A stretch of DNA of 50,588 nucleotides from an uncultured Gammaproteobacteria bacterium (lineage in GTDB: Bacteria > Patescibacteriota > Patescibacteriia > UBA9934 > GWF2-40-263). The stretch's first letter is position 1. Every line of letters starts with the position of its first letter. A program made the position numbers and the translations under genes. Below, in pieces: positions 26,838 to 36,350 of this stretch. The DNA is taken from NCBI GenBank assembly GCA_964374035.1, contig CAYJWY010000002.1, positions 1-50,588 on the forward strand, in the 5' to 3' direction. The notes beneath the pieces were generated by a model. The model was not told the DNA's origin. It worked only from the letters and a program-made list of their open reading frames with translations, and made no database searches.

Positions 26838-27644
26838 ATGATTTTTGCCACCCCTGTTGATGATTTTTCCTTAGACGAAGTGCGGCAGAGGATTCAATCG
26901 TGGTTGAACGATGGTCGTGGCAAGGTGATCGCGACACTAAACCCCGAGTTCATACTGCTTGCTCGCGAGAACGAAGCATTCCACGGCTTGCTGTCGCGCG
27001 CGGATCTTTGCGTTGCTGATGGGGTGGGGTTGCGCTTCGCCGTTTCTGCGTTAACGGACGAGGTGCTTGTGCATCGACACACAGGCGTTGATTTGGTTCA
27101 AGTCATTTGCGAGCTCGCTTCACAGTCAGCCTCGCGAGTCCTGTTACTCGGCGGTGCCATGGCAATGGCTGATCGTGCACGCACGATAGTGCTTGGTGAG
27201 CATCCGACGCTCTCACTGTCGTCCATTGACCCTGGGATTGTTCAGGGTGATGCAAGTAATGTCACGATTGCAGGCGAACTGATCGAACGCATTGGTCAGA
27301 TGCATCCAGATGTGCTCATCGTTGCGCTTGGCCAGGGGAAACAAGAGCGGTTCATTCGTCAAATCCTCGATCTGATTCCAGAAATCCGACTCGCCATCGG
27401 CGTTGGCGGCGCGTTTGAGACAATCGCTGGATCCAAACCTCGAGCCCCGCTCGTATTTCGTCGTTCCGGCTTCGAGTGGTTGTGGCGCCTTATGATCGAA
27501 CCAAGTCGTTTCCACCGCATTGTTCGTGCGTCCTTTGTCTTTCCACTCGTCGTTATTTCCGCTACACTGAGGCAACACCGGTTTCTTAAAGCGGTTAAAC
27601 ATACCTTGCCGGAATTATGGAAACAACTCACAAACAAGTCGTAA
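26838..27644 (+). CDS. WecB/TagA/CpsF-family glycosyltransferase
   Basis: NPEFILLARENEAFHGLLSRADLCVADGVGL and GFEWLWRLMIEPSR. The start could be 26808. Confidence 0.7.
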   Translation: MIFATPVDDFSLDEVRQRIQSWLNDGRGKVIATLNPEFILLARENEAFHGLLSRADLCVADGVGLRFAVSALTDEVLVHRHTGVDLVQVICELASQSASRVLLLGGAMAMADRARTIVLGEHPTLSLSSIDPGIVQGDASNVTIAGELIERIGQMHPDVLIVALGQGKQERFIRQILDLIPEIRLAIGVGGAFETIAGSKPRAPLVFRRSGFEWLWRLMIEPSRFHRIVRASFVFPLVVISATLRQHRFLKAVKHTLPELWKQLTNKS

Positions 27645-29098
27645 CAAGATTTCCGCCGTCGCCCACAGGCTTTCTTCATGTGGGTTCGCTCAGAACGGCG
27701 CTCTACAACTACTTGCTTGCTCGCAAACACGGCGGCAAGTTCATGATCCGTGTCGAGGACACGGACCGCGAGCGACTCGTTGAAGGTGCGGTCGAGGGTT
27801 TGATTCGCGTACTGGAAGTCATGGGACTCGACTACGATGAGGGACCGATCGTTGTCGATGGAAAACTGTCAGAAAAAGGGGAACATGGTCCATACACGCA
27901 ATCGGCGCGACTCGACATCTATCGGCGCTACGTCGACATCCTTATCAATGCCGGGCATGCCTATTACTGTTTTTGCTCGAAGGAGCGACTCGAATCAGTG
28001 CGAACACAACAACAGCTCGCAAAACTTCCGACCAAATACGATCGAACATGTTGCAAACGTTCCGATGCAGACGTCGGCTCGAAACTTGAAAGCGGTGAGG
28101 CGCACGTGATTCGCATGAGAATTCCGGAAGGGAAGACAACATTTCACGATGAGATTCGCGGTTCCATTTCGATCGATCACAACGAAATCGACGATCAGGT
28201 CCTCATGAAATCAGATGGATTCCCAACCTACCATCTCGCCGTGGTTGTCGACGATCATCTCATGGGCGTCACGCATGTTGTTCGCGGCGAGGAATGGATC
28301 TCATCGGTTCCCAAACACATCATGCTTTATCAGTGGTTTCAGTTTCCCTTGCCTGTCTATGCTCATCTGCCACTCATCTTGAACGCAGACAAATCAAAAC
28401 TCTCGAAGCGTCAAGGTGATGTTGCGGTCGAGGATTATCTAAAAAAGGGTTACTTGCCCGAGGCACTGATCAATTTTGTCGCGCTTCTGGGATTTAATCC
28501 AACAGGCGATCGTGAAATTTATAGCAAACAGGAGCTCACGGAGGCCTTTGATCTTCAGAAAATCAACAAATCAGGCGCTGTCTTCGACATCACAAAGCTT
28601 AACTGGATGAATGCTCAATACATCAAACATCTGTCGCATGAACAGCTCGTTCATGCTTGCAGAGCATTTGTTTTGCAAAACACCATTGATGACGAATTAC
28701 TTTCAAAAATCGTTTTCGTCGAACGGGGACGTATGGAGCGTCTTGACGAAATCAATGCAAGAATTCAGCCCTACCTTCACCTTGCCGTCTATGAACCCTC
28801 AATCGTTGTGTGGAAAAAGTCCGATGTTGACGACGCAAAGATCCAGTTAGAAGGCCTTCTTGAGTTGATCCGTGGACTCGCGGATGATGTGATGGAATCA
28901 CTTGTGTTGATTGAAGGTGCGATAAAGGAGTATATTGAGAGTAAACATTTACAAAATGGCAATGTGTTATGGCCATTGCGTAGCGCGCTCAGCGGTTGTG
29001 TGCAATCCGCAAGCCCCTTTGAACTTCTCTGGGTTCTTGGAAAAGCGGAATCGCTAGCTCGAATCACGTTTGCCATCAATCTTCTTGCAAAAAAATGA
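27617..29098 (+). CDS. gltX: Glutamate--tRNA ligase
   Basis: RFPPSPTGFLHVGSLRTALYNY (HIGH-type motif) and KLSKR (KMSKS motif). Confidence 0.93.
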   Translation: METTHKQVVTRFPPSPTGFLHVGSLRTALYNYLLARKHGGKFMIRVEDTDRERLVEGAVEGLIRVLEVMGLDYDEGPIVVDGKLSEKGEHGPYTQSARLDIYRRYVDILINAGHAYYCFCSKERLESVRTQQQLAKLPTKYDRTCCKRSDADVGSKLESGEAHVIRMRIPEGKTTFHDEIRGSISIDHNEIDDQVLMKSDGFPTYHLAVVVDDHLMGVTHVVRGEEWISSVPKHIMLYQWFQFPLPVYAHLPLILNADKSKLSKRQGDVAVEDYLKKGYLPEALINFVALLGFNPTGDREIYSKQELTEAFDLQKINKSGAVFDITKLNWMNAQYIKHLSHEQLVHACRAFVLQNTIDDELLSKIVFVERGRMERLDEINARIQPYLHLAVYEPSIVVWKKSDVDDAKIQLEGLLELIRGLADDVMESLVLIEGAIKEYIESKHLQNGNVLWPLRSALSGCVQSASPFELLWVLGKAESLARITFAINLLAKK

Positions 29099-30306
29099 GG
29101 ATATTCAACTTTCATCGATATACGGCAATGGTTCTTGTGATCATGCTTTTTCTCGTAAGCATTCCATTTGGAATTGTTCGGGCTGATAAGATGAATCGTT
29201 CTGACGACATCAATGCCCTCAATCAAACGATCGAGGAGAAAAAGGGGAGTATTGAACAAATCGAGCGACAAATTGAGGAATACGAGAAAAAAATCAAAAA
29301 AAAGTCATCAGAAAAAATTTCGCTTATAATGGAACTTGAGTTGATTCAAAACAGAATCGCAAAAACAGAACTTGATATTGAACAAACAAATACCGAGGTT
29401 GAGCTGGTTTATGCCCAGTTGCGTCTGCTTGAAAAAGAGCTTGAGAAGATTGAAGTAAACATCGATCAGAGCCGCGAACATATTTCCGGTATTCTTAGAG
29501 AAATTCAGATCAACGATCATGCCGTTCCGCTACAAATTTTGTTCGCTACGGAGTCGTTTTCTCAATTTTTTGATCAAGTCGACCAACTTGAAACGATCAA
29601 CGCCGACTTGCAAACAGCCATAAAAACAATGAAGGCATCGCGTGCCATGTTGGAGGAAAAAAAGACATCGCAAGAAGCGAAGTTTGGTCAACTCAATGCG
29701 TTGCAAATAAGCCTTGAGCGAGAGATTGATGTCCTGAATAACTCAACAAAAGCCAAAGAAATCCTGATTTCGCAAACACAAAAATCAGAGGCGGAGTTTC
29801 AGGTCTTCCTGCGTGAATTGAAACAGGAACAGCAGTATATCGATCAACAAATCAATGCTCTTCAATTGGAGATTGAAGATAAGCTGTCCGCATCAGATGA
29901 AGTAGGGGATAGCAGTGTCCTTTCCTGGCCGATGGATACCAACAGGGGTGTGAGCGCTTATTTCCAGGATCCAACGTACCCGTTTCGCTATCTCTTTGAA
30001 CACTCCGGCATCGATCTTCCGGCGAGTACCGGTACACCGGTCAAGGCTGTCGCTCCCGGCTATGTCGCCTGGACAAAAAAAGGTCGTCAGTACGGAAATT
30101 ATGTCATGATCATTCACGCAAACGGTGTTGCCACGTTGTATGCGCATTTATCACGCATTGACGTGCAAGCAGATGAATTCGTTTCCAGAGGCAAGATCAT
30201 TGGCGGCGTTGGAAGCACCGGGCTTTCAACAGGACCTCACCTGCACCTTGAGGTGCGTAAAAACGGCATTCCTACCAACCCACTCAATTACCTTATTGCC
30301 CGATAG
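29095..30306 (+). CDS. M23-family metallopeptidase with long N-terminal coiled coil (EnvC-like)
   Basis: HSGIDLPA, HANGVATLYAHLS, GPHLHLEVRKNG. ATGA overlap with gltX. Confidence 0.88.
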   Translation: MRIFNFHRYTAMVLVIMLFLVSIPFGIVRADKMNRSDDINALNQTIEEKKGSIEQIERQIEEYEKKIKKKSSEKISLIMELELIQNRIAKTELDIEQTNTEVELVYAQLRLLEKELEKIEVNIDQSREHISGILREIQINDHAVPLQILFATESFSQFFDQVDQLETINADLQTAIKTMKASRAMLEEKKTSQEAKFGQLNALQISLEREIDVLNNSTKAKEILISQTQKSEAEFQVFLRELKQEQQYIDQQINALQLEIEDKLSASDEVGDSSVLSWPMDTNRGVSAYFQDPTYPFRYLFEHSGIDLPASTGTPVKAVAPGYVAWTKKGRQYGNYVMIIHANGVATLYAHLSRIDVQADEFVSRGKIIGGVGSTGLSTGPHLHLEVRKNGIPTNPLNYLIAR

Positions 30307-30307
30307 T

Positions 30308-30514
30308 ATGAATCTTGAAAACATCATCAAAGGAATAGGATGGGTATTTACATTGACGCCCATTGTCGTCTTTATCGGAATAGGCGTTGTGATGATCAAA
30401 GGAGCGATGAAGGACGATGAGTTGGTTCGTTCGCTTGTCCTGTTGGCAATCGGGATTTTCTTCATCGGTGTCATCTTGCTTCTGCTCATCTATCTCACAC
30501 GCCTCTTTACCTGA
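30308..30514 (+). CDS. Hypothetical small membrane protein (2 TM)
   Basis: The ATG at 30308 gives MNLENIIKGIGWVFTLTPIVVFIGIGVVM...LLLLIYLTRLFT. It starts 2 nt after the M23 stop. Confidence 0.45.
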   Translation: MNLENIIKGIGWVFTLTPIVVFIGIGVVMIKGAMKDDELVRSLVLLAIGIFFIGVILLLLIYLTRLFT

Positions 30515-30614
30515 GTGAGAAGCTCTTGTGAAACGCTTGCCACAGGGGAGAGGCTATGCGAGTTTTGTGAGAAAGATAATGTGTCGCACAATAAATCTTC
30601 TACGACGCATGTGC

Positions 30615-30656
30615 AAAGCCTGGCTTACACGCGTGTATGCCAGGCTTTGTTTTTTT
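30615..30656 (+). terminator. Strong rho-independent terminator of the gltX-M23 operon
   Basis: 10-bp stem AAAGCCTGGC / GCCAGGCTTT with an internally palindromic loop (ACACGCGTGT), followed by TGTTTTTTT. Confidence 0.8.
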
Positions 30657-30985
30657 GGCTTAACTGCGGCCTTTTTAAATGCGCTATTAGCGTTTTAGAG
30701 GTATCCCAGTACCTGTGGGTTTAGTTACCGCACAACGATTTTGAGGCTTAACGTAGGCTTAAAACGACCTGGGTCCAACACCTGTGTTTTCATCTGTGTA
30801 CAGTTCGTGGTTCGTTATCGTTAGCCATGGGCTTTAACCTGAGTTCGATCGAACCGCATCCAGGTTTAAGCCTTGGACTGCTGGGGAATTCGATTCAGAT
30901 TCAATAAGCGTTCATGTCCCCTGTGATCTCGACTGTGGCAAGAATGCTTACTATTTTACGACACAAAACAGGACAGGCGATGAGA

Positions 30986-31810
30986 TCACTGGAAATACAC
31001 ATGATCTCCGAATCGAAGGTCAATGTAGTTGAGACGTGCCACGTCGGGAACTTTGTCGCGCAAGATGATTTGAAGGCGCTCAGCCTGCGCAACAATGTCC
31101 CCTGTTGCGTCGAAGAGGATCTCATAACCCTGCTGAGTCTCGACGCCCATCCACTTGCCTGCCACACGATCGATCTGTGTGTTCTGAATCGCGATCTGTT
31201 GTTTGGTGAGTTGCTCGTGAAACAAAAGAATGTTTTCGACTTCTTGCTTGGTCATCACACGCGCACCGATTGACACAGGTGTGTTGTTGCGATCAACGAA
31301 GATGGGAAGGTCCAACATGTCTTCTGTGGCAACGTCTCGAACAATGGTTCCCTCCAAATCAACGACGTATTGTTTTGTTGCTGTTTGCCAAATAACGATC
31401 GAATCCTTTTCAACAACACCGATGTGCAGTGTTTGATCTTCAAGCCGAAGTGTGAGCGATTCAAACGCGAATGTTGACCTCAGCTGTTTTTGTAAATCTT
31501 GCTCCTGATACACAAAACGATTTCTGTGATCGAAAACTAAAAGGAACGGCTTGTCGAAATACCTTCGCAACACGTCTTCGAAGACCTTGGTTGAAAAGTA
31601 CTTTGTTCCCTGAACATCCACGTTACGAATCGTAAAGTGATCATTGAACAAAAAACGTGTCGTGAGAATCGTGAGAACAACAAGACCTGCGATGGATAGC
31701 ATCGCTATCTGACGATAGTTGAGTTCTTTCACCTGAAAATACGGATTCCGAAATTTTTGGGAACGGTAAAGTTTCTTTTGAGCATTTCGAAAGTGATTGC
31801 GTTTGGCCAT
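30986..31810 (-). CDS. ftsQ: Cell division protein FtsQ/DivIB (POTRA domain)
   Basis: N-terminal TM segment, then the POTRA-like FTIRNVDVQGTKYFSTKVFEDVL. Confidence 0.7.
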   Translation of the reverse strand: MAKRNHFRNAQKKLYRSQKFRNPYFQVKELNYRQIAMLSIAGLVVLTILTTRFLFNDHFTIRNVDVQGTKYFSTKVFEDVLRRYFDKPFLLVFDHRNRFVYQEQDLQKQLRSTFAFESLTLRLEDQTLHIGVVEKDSIVIWQTATKQYVVDLEGTIVRDVATEDMLDLPIFVDRNNTPVSIGARVMTKQEVENILLFHEQLTKQQIAIQNTQIDRVAGKWMGVETQQGYEILFDATGDIVAQAERLQIILRDKVPDVARLNYIDLRFGDHVYFQ

Positions 31811-31813
31811 AAC

Positions 31814-32950
31814 TTAAACCACGACACGTGGCAGAGTTGGGTTAATGCGTGCAAGCACTTCGTAACCGATCGTTCCAATCTGCTCAGCCATGTCGTTTAT
31901 CAGAATCTCATGTCTCCCCTCTCGGCCCAGGAGAATCACCTCTTGTCCTTTTTCTGGATTTGGTACTGCCGACACATCGACCATCATCATATTCATACAC
32001 ACTCGACCCACGACCTTGCAACGATAACCGGAAACTAACACCTCACCCTTTGACGAAAAACGTCGATCATAACCGTCGAAGTAGCCCACAGGCAAGACGG
32101 CAATTCGACTGCGTTTTGAAAGCACCTCTGTGAGACCATAACTCACCGGTGTTCCCGCTGGTAGCGATTTAATTTGGGCGATGCGAGTCTTCCACGCAAG
32201 AACTGGCTGAAGATCGATTGCGATTTCTTGTTTACGTGCGGCGCGTTGTGTTTGCTCGGACGGCCACACGCCGTAAAGCGAAATACCGGTGCGCACAAGC
32301 GTTCCGTGTGTGTCGGGATAAAGAATCACCGCCGCGGAACACGCGCAATGAATGTGTTCAGGATGCAGTCCGAAATCCTGGGCCGCCTTGACCGCCTGTG
32401 TGAATCGACCAAATTGCGCTGAGGCGTATTCGGGCGTATCAGCGTCTTCAATCGTTGCGAAATGTGTCGAGAGTCCTGAGAGCACGAGATGCTTACTTCC
32501 GTTGAATAGCTGTAGAAGCACAGACAAGTCTTCCTCGAGAACACCTTGTCTTGAGGTACCTGTTTCAATTTCCAGATGGACAAAGGCCTGAGACGCACTC
32601 TTTGCGGCAGTCGCCTGCAATTCACTGATCCCCTCTTCATCATACATTGTTAACTGAATTTGGTGGTGAATGGCTTCCTCAAATCGATCTGGCAAAGTGA
32701 ATCCCAAAACCAGAATCAGCGCGCTGGGAAAACGTTGTCGCAAATAAATCGCGTCATCGATCGCGTCCACACCAAACGCATCAACGCCGGCGCGTCCGGC
32801 AATGTGGGAAATCTCGCTCAGACCGTGCCCGTATGCGTTCGCTTTCACAATCGCACAAAATCGCGCTCCATGGGAAATGGAACGCAGATGTTGGATATTA
32901 CTCATGAGCGCGCGCTCACTGATTTCGATCCAGGTTCGATCTTGTCTCAC
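31814..32950 (-). CDS. alr: Alanine racemase
   Basis: PLP-Lys motif AIVKANAYGHG and C-terminal GYEVL...R pattern. Confidence 0.92.
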   Translation of the reverse strand: MRQDRTWIEISERALMSNIQHLRSISHGARFCAIVKANAYGHGLSEISHIAGRAGVDAFGVDAIDDAIYLRQRFPSALILVLGFTLPDRFEEAIHHQIQLTMYDEEGISELQATAAKSASQAFVHLEIETGTSRQGVLEEDLSVLLQLFNGSKHLVLSGLSTHFATIEDADTPEYASAQFGRFTQAVKAAQDFGLHPEHIHCACSAAVILYPDTHGTLVRTGISLYGVWPSEQTQRAARKQEIAIDLQPVLAWKTRIAQIKSLPAGTPVSYGLTEVLSKRSRIAVLPVGYFDGYDRRFSSKGEVLVSGYRCKVVGRVCMNMMMVDVSAVPNPEKGQEVILLGREGRHEILINDMAEQIGTIGYEVLARINPTLPRVVV

Positions 32951-32959
32951 AACGGAGGA

Positions 32960-33337
32960 TTAACGTGGCAGTTTTTTTGTGCGCACGATAGGTATATAGC
33001 GATGTTGCTCGGACATCCACATGCGCAAACGTTCCTCAAGAGCGGTTTGATCGTGGCCAAGCACGATGAGATCTGGTTTGGCTGTGTTGATGATCGCGAA
33101 GGATCCAAGTTGGTCGTCGCTGAACAACGCTTCATCGACAAACGGTAACGCAACGATCGCATCAAAGCGTGCCTGCTCTCGATGTTGTGGAACTTTATCC
33201 TTCAGTTCTTTGACGTGGCTATCGCGCGCGACGGCAACCACGAGCGTTGTTCCGTGTATTTTTGCTTGTCGCAAAAAAAAGGCATGACCTCGGTGCAGAC
33301 CGTCAAATGTTCCAAAAACAAGCACGCGCCCTGCCAT
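32960..33337 (-). CDS. Stand-alone nucleotidyltransferase (RibF N-terminal / FMN adenylyltransferase-like, cytidylyltransferase superfamily)
   Basis: VLVFGTFDGLHRGHAFFL, a GxFDxxHxGH motif. Only 125 aa, with no riboflavin kinase part. Confidence 0.6.
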   Translation of the reverse strand: MAGRVLVFGTFDGLHRGHAFFLRQAKIHGTTLVVAVARDSHVKELKDKVPQHREQARFDAIVALPFVDEALFSDDQLGSFAIINTAKPDLIVLGHDQTALEERLRMWMSEQHRYIPIVRTKKLPR

Positions 33338-33338
33338 A

Positions 33339-34814
33339 TCAGTCGGTTTTTGTGCGAAGCGTTGGAAACAGAATGACCTCCTTCAGGTTTGGGGCGTCGG
33401 TCAAAAAGGCAATCAAGCGGTCGATGCCAATGCCCACGCCGCTCGTTGGAGGCATGCCCTGCATCATCGCTGATAAAAACTCTTCATCCAAAAACTGCGC
33501 GTCCTGACTCCCACGTTCACGTAATGTTTCTTGCAATTCCAAACGTTTGCGTTGATCGATCGGATCATTGAGTTCATGATAATACGCGTTCACGATTTCC
33601 ATACCGTGGACAACAAGTTGCACAGAAGAACTCTTGCTGGGATCGCTTGGACAAGCTTTTGCGAGAGGCTTCAGCTCGATGGGATAGTCGAAAATCCACG
33701 TAGGTTCCTTGAGTGCAATCCGAGCTGTTTTTTTAAATAACTGATCGTAATATTCCCCTATGCCGACCGCGTCACCGAAATCAATCTTAAGATTCTTTAC
33801 GTTTGTTGCTTCGAGCACATCGCGTTCGCTTCGACACGTATCGATATCAATTCCACATGCGTTGATGATCGCTTCTCGAAATGTAAAACGAGGCCAAGCC
33901 GCACCGAAGTCGATCGTCTCTGCGCCATAGGGAACGCTGTGCGAGCCGATCGTGGCCATGATTGTGTGGCGCAGAGTTTCTTCGAGAAAGTCGACAAACA
34001 CGTCCTTCGATGGGACATAGGCCCAGTAGAGTTCGAGCATGGTGAATTCAGGATTGTGCGCGAAGTCGATCCCCTCGTTACGAAACACGCGGCCGATCTC
34101 GAAAATCTTTTCAAATCCACCAATGATGAGGCGCTTCAAATACAATTCAGGCGCGATACGAAGATACAAATCCGCATCGAGTGCGTTGTGATGTGTTTGG
34201 AACGGCCGTGCGTTTGCGCCGCCCGGAATCGGTTGCAAGACGGGCGTTTCGACTTCGAGAAAGTCGCGCTCGTTCAAAAACTGTCTGAGCGATGCGATGA
34301 GATTCGCGCGCTTCACGAATCGATCTTTCACGTCTGGATTCACGATGAGATCGAGCTCGCGTTGTCGATAGCGCGCTTCAATATCGGTGAGGCCATGCCA
34401 CTTCTCCGGAAGTGGTCGAAGGCTTTTCGAGAGCAACGTGTAGTGCTTCGTGTCGATCGTTCGCTCGCCCTTCTTTGTTAAAAAGACCACACCCTCGATC
34501 GCAAGGAAATCTCCTACGTCCGTGAACGTATGAAACTGTTCGTAAACGTCCAGCCCGATCTCATCACGCTTGAGCGCCGCCTGCATCATGGCTGAGCCGT
34601 CTTGCAACTGAAGAAACGTCAGACCGCCATGTTTGCGAATCAAACGTACACGACCAACGACTTGTACCGTCGCTGTTGATTTTTCCAGCGAATCAAATTG
34701 ATCGAGAACTTCTTGCAGGGTGTGTGTACGATTGACCGTCGAGGGAAACGGATCAATCCCCTTCTCACGCATCGCACGCAGTCGCTCCAGTCGAACGGAT
34801 TCTTCTTCGGTCAT
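33339..34814 (-). CDS. lysS: Lysine--tRNA ligase (class II)
   Basis: OB-fold N-terminus, motif 2 FRNEGIDFAHNPEFTMLELY, motif 3 GVGIGIDRL. Confidence 0.93.
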   Translation of the reverse strand: MTEEESVRLERLRAMREKGIDPFPSTVNRTHTLQEVLDQFDSLEKSTATVQVVGRVRLIRKHGGLTFLQLQDGSAMMQAALKRDEIGLDVYEQFHTFTDVGDFLAIEGVVFLTKKGERTIDTKHYTLLSKSLRPLPEKWHGLTDIEARYRQRELDLIVNPDVKDRFVKRANLIASLRQFLNERDFLEVETPVLQPIPGGANARPFQTHHNALDADLYLRIAPELYLKRLIIGGFEKIFEIGRVFRNEGIDFAHNPEFTMLELYWAYVPSKDVFVDFLEETLRHTIMATIGSHSVPYGAETIDFGAAWPRFTFREAIINACGIDIDTCRSERDVLEATNVKNLKIDFGDAVGIGEYYDQLFKKTARIALKEPTWIFDYPIELKPLAKACPSDPSKSSSVQLVVHGMEIVNAYYHELNDPIDQRKRLELQETLRERGSQDAQFLDEEFLSAMMQGMPPTSGVGIGIDRLIAFLTDAPNLKEVILFPTLRTKTD

Positions 34815-34817
34815 ACA

Positions 34818-35273
34818 TTATTGAATTGATTTGATGCGATACGAGATAGCGCCTCCCGGCGTCTTAACGTCCACCGTCTCGCCAACCGCGCGCGCAAAAA
34901 ACGCCGAACCGATCGGTGACTCGTTGCTGATCTTGCCTACCATGGGATCGGCTTCACTTGAACCAACCATCGTATACGTTTTTTCTTCCCCGTTCACCTC
35001 AACCACAAACGTCGAGCCGATGCCGATCGTCTCTCCACCACTTGACTCGTCGATCACAACGGCGTCATGAATCATGTTCTCAAGCTGAGAAATACGTGCT
35101 TCGTTCAGACCTTGCTCTTCCTTGGCTTCGTGATATTCAAAATTCTCAGAGAGATCACCAAGGTCCTTGGCGGCTGTGATACGTTCCGCAATGAGGCGTC
35201 GCTGAACACTCTTGCGATTGTCGACCTCTTCTTTCATCTGGACAAGCCCGGCGGAGGAAATATAAATCGGCAT
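34818..35273 (-). CDS. greA: Transcription elongation factor GreA
   Basis: DLSENFEYHEAKEEQG and C-terminal FKBP-like domain (SPIGSAFFARAVGETV). Confidence 0.92.
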   Translation of the reverse strand: MPIYISSAGLVQMKEEVDNRKSVQRRLIAERITAAKDLGDLSENFEYHEAKEEQGLNEARISQLENMIHDAVVIDESSGGETIGIGSTFVVEVNGEEKTYTMVGSSEADPMVGKISNESPIGSAFFARAVGETVDVKTPGGAISYRIKSIQ

Positions 35274-35285
35274 AAAGATAGGGAA

Positions 35286-35314
35286 ATTTTACGATTCTTT
35301 CAAGGGTGTGTCAA
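35286..35314 (-). promoter_or_regulatory. Sigma70-type promoter of greA
   Basis: The minus strand reads TTGACA-17 nt-TAAAAT. The ATG follows 12 nt after the -10 and there is no SD, so the leader is very short or absent. Confidence 0.55.
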
Positions 35315-35343
35315 TAAAAAACTGGGCTGTTTGCCCAGTTTTA
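35315..35343 (-). terminator. Rho-independent terminator after the AsnA-like gene
   Basis: The minus strand reads ACTGGGC-AAAC-GCCCAGT followed by TTTTTT. Confidence 0.7.
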
Positions 35344-35368
35344 TGGTACCAGAAAACGGACATCTTGT

Positions 35369-36247
35369 TTAGGCGTGTACAGCAACGGGCGACTCGATAA
35401 CAACCGTCTGTTGATTCGTCAAGGCACGGATGAGTCGCGTCATGCCAATGCCACCGCCGTAGCGCGGAACGAACGGGAGGGCAAAGAACGCCTCGAGTTC
35501 CGCTGAGACGCGCTCGCGTCCAAACAAGTCGAACAGTTTTTGTGCATAGCCGCCGCTTGAAATCGTGTAGAAGTCATTTCTCATCTCGTCGACGTTACAA
35601 CTGCGCTCCGCACTTCCGATTGTTTCCATGCCGTCGATGATGACATCAATCTTGTGTGCGTGCGTGGTTCCGCGTCGTTTCATGTTCCAAAACGGCGACG
35701 TGGTGATTGGAAAGTGTTCGAGAAATGTCACGCGGCCGAAGTCGTCGACCATACGAGCTTCGTGTTCAGACGTGAGTTCCTCGACTCCGTAACGCATGGC
35801 CGCGTCGTCGTAAGAGAGATGCGCGAAGTCGGTCGTCGAGCCAAGACCCAGATGCTCACAGAGTTGCACCTCGAGCTCGCGCAGATCATCCATCGTTCCG
35901 CGCGACTCAAACTCGAACATCGGGAAGATGACTTTGTGTCGACCCGGGATCGGATTGGGTTCTTGTCGAAAGCTTGTGCTGACACAAAAAACGCCCGAAA
36001 CATTCGGACGGTTGAGCAATTCATATTCGAGCCACATTTGACCGGTTTGAGGCAGAGGCCAAACCTTCCCACAATACATGTACGTCGCCACCGTCGTTGG
36101 ATCCTCACAGGCCGCAAGAATACTCAAACGATCCTGGGTGTGGACCTCGACGAAGCCGCGAGCGAGAAAGAACGCGCGAAGCTTTTGCACCGCATTGCTG
36201 AACGCCGGAACGTTGGGCTCGCCGATGTACAACGGTTCGTTGGGCAT
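35369..36247 (-). CDS. Class II aminoacyl-tRNA-synthetase catalytic-core paralog (archaeal AsnA / AsnRS-like), with no anticodon-binding domain
   Basis: 292 aa. Motif-2-like FRQEPNPIPGRHKVIFPMFEFE and motif-3-like GGGIGMTRLIRAL. Confidence 0.55.
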   Translation of the reverse strand: MPNEPLYIGEPNVPAFSNAVQKLRAFFLARGFVEVHTQDRLSILAACEDPTTVATYMYCGKVWPLPQTGQMWLEYELLNRPNVSGVFCVSTSFRQEPNPIPGRHKVIFPMFEFESRGTMDDLRELEVQLCEHLGLGSTTDFAHLSYDDAAMRYGVEELTSEHEARMVDDFGRVTFLEHFPITTSPFWNMKRRGTTHAHKIDVIIDGMETIGSAERSCNVDEMRNDFYTISSGGYAQKLFDLFGRERVSAELEAFFALPFVPRYGGGIGMTRLIRALTNQQTVVIESPVAVHA

Positions 36248-36270
36248 AAAAAAATAGACCCTTTCGGGTC
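36248..36270 (-). terminator. Terminator hairpin whose T-tract abuts the next ATG
   Basis: The minus strand reads GACCCGAAAGGGTC-TATTTTTTT-ATG (the start of 35369-36247). Confidence 0.6.
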
Positions 36271-36350
36271 AAATGTTAATGTCGCTCCAGAAGGAGCAGA
36301 TTAGGTGATTTGATGGGGCAAGGATGACGCATGCAAATAAGTATAACAGA

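Noticed and set aside
30515-30724. 69-aa ORF downstream of the small membrane protein.
   Set aside because: It has a GTG start, a Cys-rich odd composition, and it runs straight through the strong terminator hairpin at 30615-30656.
30700-30900. tmRNA: the minus strand contains GGTTCGATCG and a short frame GCT AAC GAT AAC GAA ... (ANDNEPRTVHR*), reminiscent of an SsrA tag start.
   Set aside because: There is no GGGG 5' end, no convincing T-arm/acceptor pairing or CCA context, and the putative tag does not end in the usual hydrophobic xAA.
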